Origin: Camelus dromedarius
Taxonomy: Eukaryota
Length of the DNA stretch: 64,000 nt
Direction: 5' to 3'
Assembly: GCF_036321535.1 (NCBI RefSeq)
Contig: NC_087437.1
Coordinates: 76,262,001 to 76,326,000, forward strand
The stretch's first letter is position 1. Every line of letters begins with the position of its first letter. Below, piece by piece: positions 34,030 to 46,699 of this stretch. The notes under the pieces were generated by a model. That model made no database searches, was not told where the DNA came from, and saw nothing but the letters and a program-made list of their open reading frames with translations. The translations under genes and the position numbers were made by a program.

Positions 34030-36143
34030 TTAGGGCTATTTTAGGAGTTCGGAATTCTTCATAGCACACTTTAGAAAACGTCAGCTATAATGTTGAAAGA
34101 ACTTAGGGTGAGAATTTACAAGAGGTGGGTCTGAGCTCCGCCTCACTGTTAATTGTGTCTTATTAACCAACAACTTGGTTATTGAGATAACTTGGGCTTA
34201 TTTCTGAACTTTTTGAGCTTGAATTTTTACATCAATAAAATGAAGATGATAATACTGTCAGTCTTTGTGATATCTTAGGTTTGTTGTGAAGATAAAATGA
34301 ACCAACATACATAAAAATGCTTAAATAATTATGTCTTACTCAGATGTTCACTCTTAACTAAAATCATTGGCCAGCATATGGCCTGTGAAATCAATGGACG
34401 CTAGATGTCTGACTTTTCATATTAAAAAGTTCCTCTTCCTATCTTCCAGAAGAATGTCACATGTATACACGTGCTTAAAAATGCTTCTAATGAACCTTAT
34501 AACAACTCCATTGGAGTTTTAACATGACATTTGTCTTCTTATGCAATTGTTCTTTGCTAGGCATATAGAACTTTGCCTCTGCAAGGTGCTAGTTATCTGC
34601 CAAATGAATTGTTGTTGTTGTTTTTAATGACTTTTATTTCTCTAAACCATAAGGAGGCTGCTTTTCTCCCTTGTCTCATAAGCTGGCTCCAAAGTAGTTC
34701 CTGAAGAGCAGTTTAGAAAATGTTTTAAGTAATGGCAGCCTCAGCAAAGTAAGTACAGAGTCTCCTATGATAACCACATGACAGGACAAAGCAGAGTTGG
34801 ACGCATGAGTCTTGATGGGATATGCTTGTCCAAGATTAGTCTCCTTCCTTTAAAGTCGTATCCCATTACCAAATGAACCACACAGACTAGACATAAAGAA
34901 AATGTTGCTGCCAGCCAACTGCAGTTTTTAAATCCAAAGAGCTTAGAATACTTATAGGCATAATCTTGTTAATCTTCATAATAATGTGAAGTAAGTCAAA
35001 GTATCATCACTCTTAGAGGGAAGTGTGACCAGACTCTGGTTTATTTTGAATCTCTGCATTTTTTAATACCTCTGTCTGTGCAACTATTATTTGAATATTG
35101 AATAAGGTTTAGTCCTAGTACATTAAAAAGAACAGAACATAGTTATTATGGTTGAATTAGGACCAGGGCTCTTAACCTAGAAAGAGCTATTGGTCAATAC
35201 ATTAATTAAGACATCAAGTTTACACCCTGTCGTCAACAATCATTGTTTATTGCCTAACGAAACCCTCCTTAATTTATTATAGTCATTAGTGTCTCTTAGC
35301 AAGGGAAAATGTGCTTGAATTTTACAAGGGTATGTGGTTAGCAGTTTTCTGTCTCTGAGCTGGGACCTGACTCACTTGATCCTCTCACCTCACACTTAAC
35401 AAAGGACCAGGCCTGACTTAAGAAATGATTAGCCTTCATTGCTGAATTATAAACAGTCACAGGTCCTTCTGTTCTGCACCTCAGCTATAAAATGAGAGGA
35501 TGGGATTAGAGTATCTCTAAATTACCTTGTATATCTAAAATTCTCAGTTAATGATTATCTGCTTTGATACAGAGATTAAGGCAACGATGGCAGAAAGAAA
35601 TACCCTAAATTAGAGCATTTGAGACAGTCTGAATTGTTTGCATATTTTCATAATTTCCTAAAGTCAGTTTGAGGGTCAATACTTGATCCAAGAAAGGGAA
35701 AGTCCTTTGGCCACCTCAGTATGGACTTTCAGAGACGGAGAGGGAAAAGGAGAGGAAGAGGGAGAGGGTGAAGGAGAGGGAGAAGGAGGGGGAGAGAACT
35801 TCTGCTTTGCGGTTCAGCAACACACGTTTAGGGCAGCAGGAAGTCTCCAGAAATCTAGACATCACTGAGGAAATAGGCTGTTAAGGAAGAATTGCTAAAC
35901 CTGTAGGGGCAGTTCCAGGCTTTGTAGGGCCTAGAGCTTCTTCAGTTCCAAAGGCCTGCTTTAAAGAAAAAAATTCGGGATTAAGTATGCAAATGCATGT
36001 TTATTCAGAAGTGAATTCATTTGGAAGTGAATATTTATTTGAATGTTCATAGCCTCTCCAAATACCATCCAAAACAGGGAAAGTGCCATGGAGGAAATTT
36101 AGACAGAGACTGTGGTCTTAAGCAATCATGTTTGAAATATCTT

Positions 36144-36317
36144 TAAATTAAAAAAAAATTTTTATTGAAGTATAGTTGATTTACAGTGTTGTGTCAATTT
36201 CAGATGTATTGCATTCAGTAATATATATACATATATATACTTTTTCAGATTCTTTTCCATTATAGGTTATTACAAGGTACTGAATTATAGTTCCCTGTGC
36301 TATACAGTAGAGCTTTG
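36144..36317 (-). mobile_element. Artiodactyl-type L1 3' stub inserted in an old DNA-transposon remnant (~35905-36460)
   Basis: TTTTTATTGAAGTATAGTTGATTTACA.... TSD TTGAAATATCTT at 36132-36143 and 36318-36329. Confidence 0.9.
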
Positions 36318-37585
36318 TTGAAATATCTTACTTTTGCAAATTTTATAAAAACCTATGGCCATGTGAGCACATTGCTAACCCCTGCCCAGGTCCGGGAAAG
36401 GGTCTATGAAAGTGAGGAACCCAGAAGCCTGAGTTTTGTTAGTTTCACATTCCATCCATCATTATAAACATGAAGCATATCTAGTCTAGTCCAATAGATA
36501 GTTCAAATGGAAGTTCATTTAACTGAAAAATAAAAAAATGATGCCATTAAAAAAATGAGAAGGATCTATGTAAGCAATCTTGAAAATTCCAGACTATATT
36601 GTTAAATGAAAAGACAAGGAATGGATAATAAAGCGTGATCCCATTTACGTAAAAACCAAGTAAAACCAACACTGAAGCAATGTGTGTGTTGCATGTATAT
36701 ATGTTCTATGTGATATACATTTGATACATAAAAGATCCTTAACAGTAGTTATATTTGGAAAGTGTATGGGATTGTGAGGTATTATTCAAATTTTGCATAA
36801 CAGACATTCATGGGTTACATGTAGGCCTCTTTATTAGTAATAACTGCACATCCTTCCATAATCTCTATTTCAAGCACCCCATTCTCACACCATCATTGGC
36901 TACTTTCCCAGCTCTCTTCCTCCATAGCCTCTATTTTTCTCTGATCTACCAGGATCTACAATCATGTCTCCCATCATTCAGTGTCCTCAGTCCCTTCATA
37001 TCCCCACTAACATCCTTATCCAGCTTAAATTCCATGGTCCATTATTATAATCATTTATTTGCATACACCTTCACTGCCCTGGCACCTCTCACTGTGTCAT
37101 TCTTGGTAAACTCCATCCCTGCTTGAATCCAGCTCTCCTCCTACTCAGCTCCTGCAACTTGGCAGCTGAATGTGACTAGAGAAAAACCACACAACTCATG
37201 CTGCCTGGTCTCATTTTAAATTCCTCACCTAACCTCAGCAGGACTTTTAGTGCTGCCCTGGAATCCTACTACATTTTCCCTGGTCCATTCACACTCCCAC
37301 ACTCCTTGGTGGCTGTTTCATACTTTTTCTGTCTCTTCAAACCTCCATACCTCCTCCACCATCCTCACTCTTAACTTATAACTATGTTTACTAGTTCATT
37401 GAGAAAAAGAAACAGTCATGGAAAAAGCATCAGAATACGCTCCCTGCACAAACTCCCAGCACTGTACGTAGCCCGTGTTCTCTGCCTTCTTTCCTGTTCC
37501 TGTGGATGAAACACCAGGGCTTTCATCTTAGGCCAGCCCTCTATTGTGCACTAACCCCTCCCTTTCTCACCTCCTTAATAACATC

Positions 37586-37752
37586 CAGGGCCAAGGATCT
37601 ATAGGGACAGTAGGCACAGTGCCTAGGGCCCACCTTATTCTAGGGGCCCATGAAAATGTGTAATTCCCTTTAAAATCAGAAGACTAAATTGAACTTTTAG
37701 GTCAAAAAGATTTTAATGTACAATGGTAGTATATTCATTCTTACCCAATGCA
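37586..37752. mobile_element. hAT-Tip100 (Zaphod-like) terminal fragment
   Basis: ACAGTAGGCACAGTGCCTAGGGCCCAC...AGGGGCCCATGAAAATG...TTTAAAATCAGAAG. Confidence 0.6.
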
Positions 37753-37756
37753 GCTC

Positions 37757-37925
37757 TTGTTCTCTGGGGTCTCCTTAAAGGGCACTAATCCCATTCGTGA
37801 GTGCTCCACCCTCATGACTTAATCACCTCCCAAAGGCCCCCACCTCCTACTACCCTCACATTGGGGATTATACTTTAACGTCACAAATCTGGGGTGGGGA
37901 GGGAACAAATGTTCAGTCCACAGCA
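37757..37925 (-). mobile_element. MaLR LTR fragment (MLT1A/MST-like)
   Basis: AAGGGCACTAATCCCATTC...CTCCACCCTCATGACTTAATCACCTCCCAAAGGCCCC...TTCAGTCCACAGCA. Confidence 0.85.
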
Positions 37926-38250
37926 TCACCTAAACCCTGTCTTGACTCACTTTCCCTTCTAACCACCCATTCCACATCAATTTTCTGCCTCTTCTTTTTA
38001 ACAGCAAAACTTCTTCAGAGATTTGTCTGCATTGACTGTCATCAGTCCCTCTCCTCCCACTCTCCTTTGACTTCCGGTTTTCACACCTGCTGCACTACTG
38101 AAACTGCTTTCCTGACAAGGTCCCAGTGGCCTCCATGAGACTAAATCCAGCAGCCAATTCTCAGTCCTCCTCTCACTTCACTTAGCAGCCACATTTTAAA
38201 TAGTTGATCATTCCTTCCACTTCAACTACTTTCTCCACTTGGCTTCTTTG

Positions 38251-38365
38251 TAGGGAGACCACATAATTTTTCATCAGAATGAAGACCTTTTTGATATTGA
38301 AAGTTGGACATACTGGCACATAGATGCCAATTTGGACTGTCTCAAATGGGACCAGAGTCACTGTT
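38251..38365. mobile_element. MER81-like hAT-Blackjack MITE
   Basis: TAGGGAGACCACATAATTT...GAAAG...GGACTGTC...GGGAC...GTCAC resembles MER81. Confidence 0.55.
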
Positions 38366-39681
38366 CTTTTAGGACCCCACCCCTTTCTGGCTCTTCCTCC
38401 ACAGTTTCCTTTGCTGTTTTCCTCTTCTCCCCCACCTCTAAATATTGGCCTGCCCAGGGCACCCTTGGACGTCTTCTTGCTCTTCTTGTCCTTGTTCTCT
38501 TCCTTCTCTACGCTCCTTTGGGGCTATTTTTCCAACTGCTGCACACTGGTACACTGTACTGCTTGATAAAATGTGGAAGTATTTCCATTCAAATTAGTAC
38601 AGAGCTGCTCTCAAGCTCTCTCATGCCCTCCCCACCGCACCACCCCGGCCTCACTCTGGGATCCCCACACCTATCCATGATCTAGTTTCTAAAATGTTAA
38701 CACCTGACCCTTTAGAAACGTGCTCCAGCACCTTCTGATAGGGTAGATTGATGACCGCACTGGTTAAGTGTTTTGAATATCATCCTTGTACTCATTTACA
38801 GGATTTTAAATAAACTCCTAAATTTATACCTCTAGCTCAGACTGAAACAATTCCCCTCAACCCCAAGACTTGTATATCTAGTTGCCTAGCCAATATCTCA
38901 ACTTGAATACGTAAGGAGTATTTTGAACTTAAAATATCCAGATTTTGCCTCCAAATCTGCTCATACAGTCTTCCCCAATTCAGGTGATGGCAACTCTATC
39001 CTTTCAGTTGCTCTGGCCCCAAGTCCTGGTTTTTTTGTTTAACTTCTCTCACACCCCACACCCAACAGCAAATGCTGTTAGCTCTACCTTCAAATACGTA
39101 TCCCACTTTTCACTTCATCCACCACTATCAGTTTCCACCATTGTCTCTCACCTTGACCACTGCAGTAGCGCCTGTTTCTCTGCTTCCACCTTTACCCTTT
39201 CTAGTTATTTTCAACTCAGCAGACAGAGTGCTTCTTCTAAAGAATAAGACAGCTCATGTCAGAATCCTCCCATCTCACTTACATAAAGGCCAGACCCTTA
39301 CAGTGGCCTCAAGGTCCTATGTGTCTGCTCCACACCGCCCACTTATTACCTCTGACCCCATCTCCTACTCCTCTCCCCATCCTCCACCCATTCCAGCCAC
39401 ACTCGCCTCCCTGATCTGCCCCACCAGGCACATTCCTGCATCTGAGCCTTGGCACTTGCTGTCTTCCCCTGCCTGGCCTGTTCTTTCCCCATGCTGCACA
39501 CAGCTGGCTTTTTACCTCCTTCAGGTCATTAATTAAAGGTCACCCTCTCAGTGAATTCTTCCTTTAACAAATTATAACCTCTACCCATTGCCCTTTCCTG
39601 CCTTATTTTTGTCCACAGCACTTATAACCACCAGACCCATTGTAGATTTTACTTACGTTACTTCTCAGTTTTGTTCTTTGC

Positions 39682-40056
39682 TGTCTTAGTCAGCTTGGGC
39701 GGCCAGCTGTAACAAAATACTGTAGACTGAATGGCTTAAACAGCGTAAATTAATTTCTAACAGTGTTGGAGGCTGGAAGTCTGAGATCAAGATGCTGGCA
39801 ACTAAGTTTCATTCTGAGGCCTCTACTCTTGGCTTGCCCACATCACAGGACTTCTTTGTGCAGGCGCCTGAAGGGAGGGAGAGAGAACAAGCTCTCTGGT
39901 ATCTTCTTATACAAGGGCATCAATTCCATCAGAGGGTCCCCCCTCATGACCTTATCTAACCCTAAGTGCTTTGCAAAGACCCCATCTCCAAATACCATCA
40001 CATTGGAGTTAGGGCCTCAACATATGAATTTTGGGGACACAATTTTGTCATTAACA
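39682..40056 (-). mobile_element. MaLR solo LTR (MLT1A0-like)
   Basis: TGTCTTAGTCAGCTTGGGC...GGAGGCTGGAAGTCTGAGATCAAG...CAACATATGAATTTTGGGGACACAA...TAACA. Confidence 0.85.
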
Positions 40057-41460
40057 CTTGATGTTACCTCAGGGCCCTTTTTTTTTAAGTCAAATATTAC
40101 TTACTATTTTTTTCAATTTCTCAAAAAGCTTTACCACTATTAAAGCTTACTCATTATTAATTACTATGCAATAGGGAAATTCTCCAAAAACATAGCTGTG
40201 TACTAGAACTTTTATATAGAGGTAGTAAAATATAAATTTTGTGTATTCTTTGGAAGTTTATATACTAAAAGATACATTGTGCAGACTTACAGGATAAGAG
40301 GGAAGTCCAGAGCACTGAGGCCAGGGACACAGTGTTCCAAGCCAGTCACCCAGTCCAGTCCACCTATGCCAGTCTCTGGTCACGCTGCTGAATTCACCAT
40401 CACGCAGTGGTGGAGAACTCTTGCTGGCTAACCCAGGTCTGTCAAATAACACTGAAAACCGAACTAAGGAAAAGTAAGAATCAGGCCCTCTGTTCTTCAA
40501 GGAAGATTGGACATAGAAGAAAATTAAAAATGAACTGGATCCATGGAGATGCTGTGAGGGTTTTCCAACCCATCCATTTCCTTTTCTTGTGATCCTTAGA
40601 CTAATTCTCGTCATTAAAACCACTAATTGGCACCGTGTATCATGAAATACTATATATATAATACTGTAATACTCCTTATGTAGACTTGGACCTATCTTTT
40701 ATTCTGTCCACTTAAGAACAGTTTAATTTACTGAGTTAAGCAAGAAAATACAATCATAAAACTGAAAAGTCATTAATAATTCTAGTGGGTGTTTTCTAGT
40801 GTTTTTGAACATTAGCCTCTGAGGAGTCTCTCTAACATGCCCACACATACAGATATTCATATCATAACCCCCTGGACACCTTTGCAACCCTGAATCTGAA
40901 CATTGCTCACTTCTTGGCCTTTCCAGGGAAACCTCCAGAGAACATTACTTCCTATTTGCAAAGAGATGGGAGGTGCCAGTTGCTGCCCTCCCCACTACAG
41001 GGTTATCCAGAATCATCTTAAACCTAGTTTCTTTACTTGTTATAAAAGACCTCAATTCAGTAAGTCACTCAGGATGGTTATAACCTCATAGATTTAAAAG
41101 ATGTAAGGAACTTGATTTTATGTACAATTTTTATGTAATTTATAAAAGGCAGTGATGCTCAAATTCTCCCTTTCCTTCTCCAAAATAAACAAAGAAATGT
41201 TTTGAGTCAAGCTCTTTTTATATCTTCATTTCGCAATAATTATTCTTCTGTTTTTTCTAATAGCTGGGAGGTAGGATGAAAGTGAGGGGCATGTTAATGC
41301 AATTATTATGAAAAGGATATACATTTTAATCATTAATCACCAACTACTAGGGAAGGTAGAGGTGGGAGCTGAAGCAGACATGTCTTATTTAAGAAAACTT
41401 AACTGGAAGAAATGGATGTTATTTTGAGTTATGATGCCCCTTGTTGCTTCATTCTTGTAA

Positions 41461-41636
41461 TTTTTGTTTGTTTATTTGTGTTTTAAAAATACTTTGCTTG
41501 TTTTTTTGGTGAGGGAGATAATTAGGTTTATTTTATTTATTTGTTTGTTTTATTTTAATGGAGGTACTAGGGATTGAACCCAGGATCTCGTGCATGCTAA
41601 GCATATACTCTACCATTGAGCTACACCCTCTCCCAT
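41461..41636 (-). mobile_element. Vic-1-type camelid SINE (tRNA-derived), complete
   Basis: Minus strand GGGAGAGGGTGTAGCTCAATGGTAGAG...GGTTCAATCCCTAGTACCTCC with A and B boxes and an AT-rich tail. 21-bp TSD with 1 mismatch at 41440-41460 and 41637-41657. Confidence 0.9.
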
Positions 41637-42229
41637 CTTGTTGCTTGATTCTTGTAAGGCTCTTTTTAATAATACATTTTTCTCTCATTTCCACCTTGAA
41701 CAGCACTAGTTTAGAATTATGAATTCATAGCATCTCTTTTACTTGGGGAAAGAATGGTTTCACAATCAAATATAAGGATCCACAATAGAAAAGAACCATT
41801 TTTGTCCTTCAATTTTCTCAACTACCTAGTGTATAAACTCTGGATAAATGTCTGGATAAATGGCTACAGAATTTATAAATGTTTTGTTTTATGACTTTTG
41901 GTATAGATGTTAATAATGAATCCAATGAACTAACAGTAAAATAAATTATGTAAATTGACAAGAGGAGTCAGTGATACTTTTTGTCACTCCATTGATGCTT
42001 TCTTCACTGGTTTAGAGTAGAAATTGTTTGGTAGCTTCAGTAGTATCAGAACTCATTTTACTGATCAAATACAAAACAAAACAAAATGTACAAATATTTG
42101 AGAAGATGATTTCTTGGTGTCTAAGTCAGAGAATTCTATTCTGTGAGTAATTCTAAGAATCAATTTGGATATTTCCTTGCTTCATTTCAAGGGATATTTA
42201 TTTCTCCCAACTGAAAATTGTATGACCTA

Positions 42230-42460
42230 CATCAGAAATATATTTGAACAGCACTCTGCAGTTCAAAGTGCAGTTTTCATATCCAGTATCTTATTTGATT
42301 CTCACCATACCTCCCTAAGGACAAGTGAGATATACCTATTTCACAAAAGAGTTAACCGAAAGAGGAAAGAAGCTAAGCAAGGCAGAGATCACAGAACTAA
42401 TAAATGGCGGAATCAGGATTTGAATACAAATCATTGGCTCCAAATATGTCCAATATGTTG
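42230..42460 (-). mobile_element. MIR SINE
   Basis: ATCTTATTTGATTCTCACCATACCTCCCTAAG...AGATCACAGAACTAATAAATGGCGGAATCAGGATTTGAA. Confidence 0.75.
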
Positions 42461-44219
42461 TGTTGCCTTCCTACTTTAAGCTAATATGATTGCAATGGTG
42501 ATACTGCTATGGTAATTCAAACAAAGATAGTTTTCTCTGGGGCCTAAATTACTCAGATAACTGATTGGATATTTTTGGTTGCTTTACAAATTGAGACATG
42601 ACCTGAGTGTCACTGAGGGAAAAAACATAAAAATTACATTTCTAAAAATGCCCCTTTTGGGGGGTGGGTACCAACACTTGCTCTTATCTCTCCAGCCTAT
42701 AATCTGAGAAATATTTCTTAAGCCAAGAATTCCCAAAATGATTTTTGTTAGAGAATATAGTCACTCTTCAGAAATGGAGACTTCATTAATTCTTCCTAGT
42801 TTGCTATATTTCACATTATTTTCCTCAGGACTAAAGGATCTAAAGTTCTAGATTCTCCTCCCTAGTGATATACAAGGTGTACTTTCGTGATGTTAAAAAG
42901 TATATTCAGCTGTACCTACTATATCACAGGCTTTCTTCCTCATTAGTTATCTGAGGCTAGTATGTAAACATTACTAATATTCCTAAATAGGCAAACATGT
43001 AAGATAGTCCCTGTATTATTAAATGCTACATGAACCTGCTAGAGGTGCAGATCTCTTATCATACGAGATCAGTTTGTTAATGTGAGATAATTTTTCAGGT
43101 ATATGGACTATAGGTATATCTGTATTTGTACTCCAGAGGTGCTGTTAAATATCTATCAATTGTGTCTTAAATTTTGCATAAATATTCCCAATTTTGCATA
43201 AATATACACACAACTCTTTGGTCATTAAAGAGTTAACCTGACATGGAAAATGTATCCATGCAAAGCCCTTAATTTAAGTGGCTGGTTTTGACATGCCTTA
43301 ATGGTCTTGGATTGTATAGAAAGTTCTTGCCCACTCGTAAGTTTCTGGCAATAGGAACTTCTGCAACAAGTAAAATAGAGATGTTGGCTAGAATAGGGCT
43401 CCACTACAGTCTGGGAGGCCATTGCCTGGCCTGTAGCCTAGCAGGTTGAACATGCTGGAAAAATATTTGTCAAATGAATGAATGATTCACTAGCTGATTT
43501 GGAGGCCTTGTCTGCTCTGCTGCTCCATCAACCATCTCTACCCCTCAATTATGGGTCCTATCATCAATGGGGAAAAGCCTGGGGATTCCTTTCCACAGCA
43601 AATGTCAAAAGCATGTAAATAATTACAGTTTAGTCAAAAGCATTAATTCTAGGTGAAACAGAGATCAAGTAGAGGAGTGTGACTGACAAAGTGACTGAAG
43701 CTGTTTAGAGCTCAACAAAAGGAGAGACAGAAGCTGGAGCTGTGATTAGCTTGAACCCGAAGCTCCTGGACCAGTGGCTGTTTCAGCTGGTTGCTCTGTT
43801 CAGTTTAGAACAACTGAATAGGCATATTATGTGTCAGGCACTGGACACAGTGTTAGGTGGTGGGACTACAGGGGTCTGAAATTCAGGAAACAGTATACAC
43901 TTATATTTAAGCAGTATTTTACTTACATTTTCAAATAATGTGCTTAGTATTTTTTCTTCAACCTCCAGAAATTTTTTTAGGTTAAGTATCTGTATAGTCA
44001 TAGAGTAATCTGAAAAAAGTATCATGCATACACCAAATTTTCCTTTATGTCCAGGTTTTTTGGACATTCTGTACTTTATCACAAATGGACCTATTGTTTT
44101 AAACATACTGATCATATTATTTCAAAATGTAAATGATATTCTACTTAAAAATAAATTAATCTTATATTCCCTAGCTTTTCCAACATACTACACAAAAATT
44201 ATATAGACAGATTCCCAAG

Positions 44220-44700
44220 GAAGTCTAGTCTACCAGAAGAGAAGGACATAGGGAAAAAAAAAATTTTGTTACACAGACTAAGAGCCATAACAGAGAATAT
44301 ACAAGGAACAGAAGTGGTTTCCTACATGAGCAAGAGACTATTGTTTTGGGGGAGATATCAGAGAGGAAAGAATTCACAGGGTTGGCACTGAGCAGGGTTT
44401 GGGGGAGTGAGGAGGCATTCACCAAGAGGACAAGGTGGGGAAGGAATTCCAGGGAGAGGATAGGCATAATGCAAGAACACGAGGGCAGGAGACAGAGTTG
44501 TGTGTTCGGAGGACCACAGCTAGTTTAGTATTGCTCAGCGTTTCAATGAGAGGCAGAGGTGAGGGCGGTGAGCAGTCAGGGGCTAATCATGTAACATATT
44601 GTTTGCCTTGTTAAAGAGTCAGATTTTATTCTGTTGAGTTTATGAGGAATCAGCAAATGATTTTAAGTAAGGAAATAATTTGATCAGAGTTGCTGAGAAG
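44220..44700 (-). mobile_element. L2 fragment
   Basis: GGAATTCCAGGGAGAGGATAGGCATAATGCAAG...GTTAAAGAGTCAGATTTTATTCTG...GATTTTAAGTAAGG. Confidence 0.7.
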
Positions 44701-45689
44701 AGGCAGCAGTCCCCATGGTTCTTGTACAGTTTCTCAGCATCCCTATGACCTGAGAGTAGGTTCAAAAGAAAGAGAGTAAAAGCAAAATATGAAGATGTTG
44801 GGATGTTAAAAGCTAGCTAAATCTATTTGTTTAATGACAGTGTATGTGTATGCTCCGTGTTTGAGACTAACGATGGAGGAACAGTGGCCTAGTTAATTCT
44901 TTTTCACACTGTAACTATTAAACTCTCCAAAACAGAAGTGAAAATTGTTCTAGAATGATTCACCACATCCCTTTATTATTTCCTTTCCTTTTTCCTACTC
45001 CTCACATAGCAGCAGTTGGTAGGCATGGGGTGCACAGGAAGAGGAAGAATGGAGGAATGGTTGCTTTAGATGGGGCATCCATGTTGCTTCTTTCCTGAGT
45101 TTCAACCCTTCACTACATCAATGGGAGTTACTGGTAGTATGGAAAACCAAACTCCAGGGATCACCTGCAAATCTTATTTGAGGAACTTGTTCTAGCGTTT
45201 TCTTCTATCAAACCTCTCTGGCTTCCCCTCCCCCATTTTTCTTTTTTTAATATTAGAGTTCTTACCAGTTAATATTAGCAGAAAGGAAACAATTGAATTT
45301 CACCTGGTTTTTTACTCCCTCTGGGAGAGAAACTACAACAGTAAAATATCCAGAAGGGAAACAGGTAGAAGAGGAAGCTAAAGATAATCAAGATTTGACT
45401 GTATGTTTATTGTAGTTGTTGAAATATTTACATTTTTTGACTCCTCTTGGACTGAGCTGATGTGGTTTGGATGGTACGGTGGACATTGGGCAAGGAACCA
45501 GGAGGTGGCTCTCTGGATCTCATTCTGCAATTAATTGACTGTATGTCTTTGGATAAATCACTTCTTTGGGTCTGTTTTCTAATCAGGAAAAAGAGGGAGT
45601 GTGATTATATCCGTGCTTCTCAAGTTCTGCTTCGCTTCTGATCTGCATAAGTTAGTTCCAAAATAAACAGATTCCCAGATCTGACTGGA

Positions 45690-45850
45690 GGATGTAGCGT
45701 TGTGGTTGAGCCTGGGGACTCTCCATCAGACTGGGCTTAACCCCTTTCCATGCCATTTACTAACTAGGTGACCTTGAGAAAGTTATTTAAAGCCTGCAAT
45801 ATCTCATTTTTCTCCTCTGTAAAGCAGATGACAGTAACAGTAACGAATCA
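45690..45850 (+). mobile_element. MIR SINE
   Basis: GCCATTTACTAACTAGGTGACCTTGAGAAAGTTATTTAA...TCCTCTGTAAA. Confidence 0.8.
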
Positions 45851-45971
45851 ATATTGTCCCTGGAAGGGCAAAATGGTCTAATCTTTAAAACGTCGATTAT
45901 ACTGCCTGTCTCATACTAAGCATTCAACAAATGTTATGTTATCATTTATACAGCCCACAGTATGTATGTAT

Positions 45972-45972
<1 letters not shown>

Positions 45973-46030
<58 letters not shown>
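45973..46030. repeat. (GT)29 microsatellite
   Basis: Perfect dinucleotide run ~0.7 kb from the CpG island. Confidence 0.98.
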
Positions 46031-46032
<2 letters not shown>

Positions 46033-46699
46033 TGCCGGGTAGGTGCTCCATAAATATCTGTGGAATAAATAAGGGAAGTAAAACTGAACGCTTTTTCTTT
46101 TTTTTAAACAACATTTTTGGACCTCAGATCTGAAATTCTTTATTAGCCCCAGGAATTACTTCCCCAAGAAAGGTAAAGATTGTTTTAGGGACGTCCAAGT
46201 GTTGTTCTCAGTCTTTGTCCTATTCCTACTCTTAGACTCATGAAAGCCTCATGATAATGAAAAAAATAATTAAATGATAAAAATTCCACTAAAGAGGGTG
46301 AGCTGAAAGAGGCAAGAAATGTCTCACGGACTTTGTTGGCTGGATCCAGCCTGCTACTACATAATACAACGATTCTCACCTAGGTGTACATCTCCATTTT
46401 ATTTCACAAGATGCTGTGAAATTCTCAAAGTTACTGTCATTACAATTGACTCTGAATCATTAAAAAAACAAAGCAATATTCCATTTTCTCTGTTGTTGAC
46501 CGAGCAGAAAAGAGAGCAATGTAACTTTAAAAAAGCTTCAAAATCAGGACTATCAAAAACAGAGAGCGAACTTCTATCCCCCATTAACCCACTGATCAAA
46601 ACATTCCATGCACATTGAACTGTGTGCTTTTTCGGTGGTGGTAATCTCTTGCCAAATACTCAGCTTGTAATTCTTCCCTGTGTATTTAGTGAGAGGAGT

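Larger units (their letters stand above)
36870..39670 (+). mobile_element. Long L2 element interrupted by younger insertions
   Basis: Continuous C/T-rich L2 ORF2 and 3' text, e.g. CCAGCTTAAATTCCATGGTCCATTATTATAATC and TTCTCAGTCCTCCTCTCACTTCACTTAGCAGCCACATTT. Confidence 0.85.

Noticed and set aside
41550..41636. tRNA-like sequence (also 63607-63630)
   Set aside because: An AT-rich tail and TSDs show these are SINEs, not tRNA genes.
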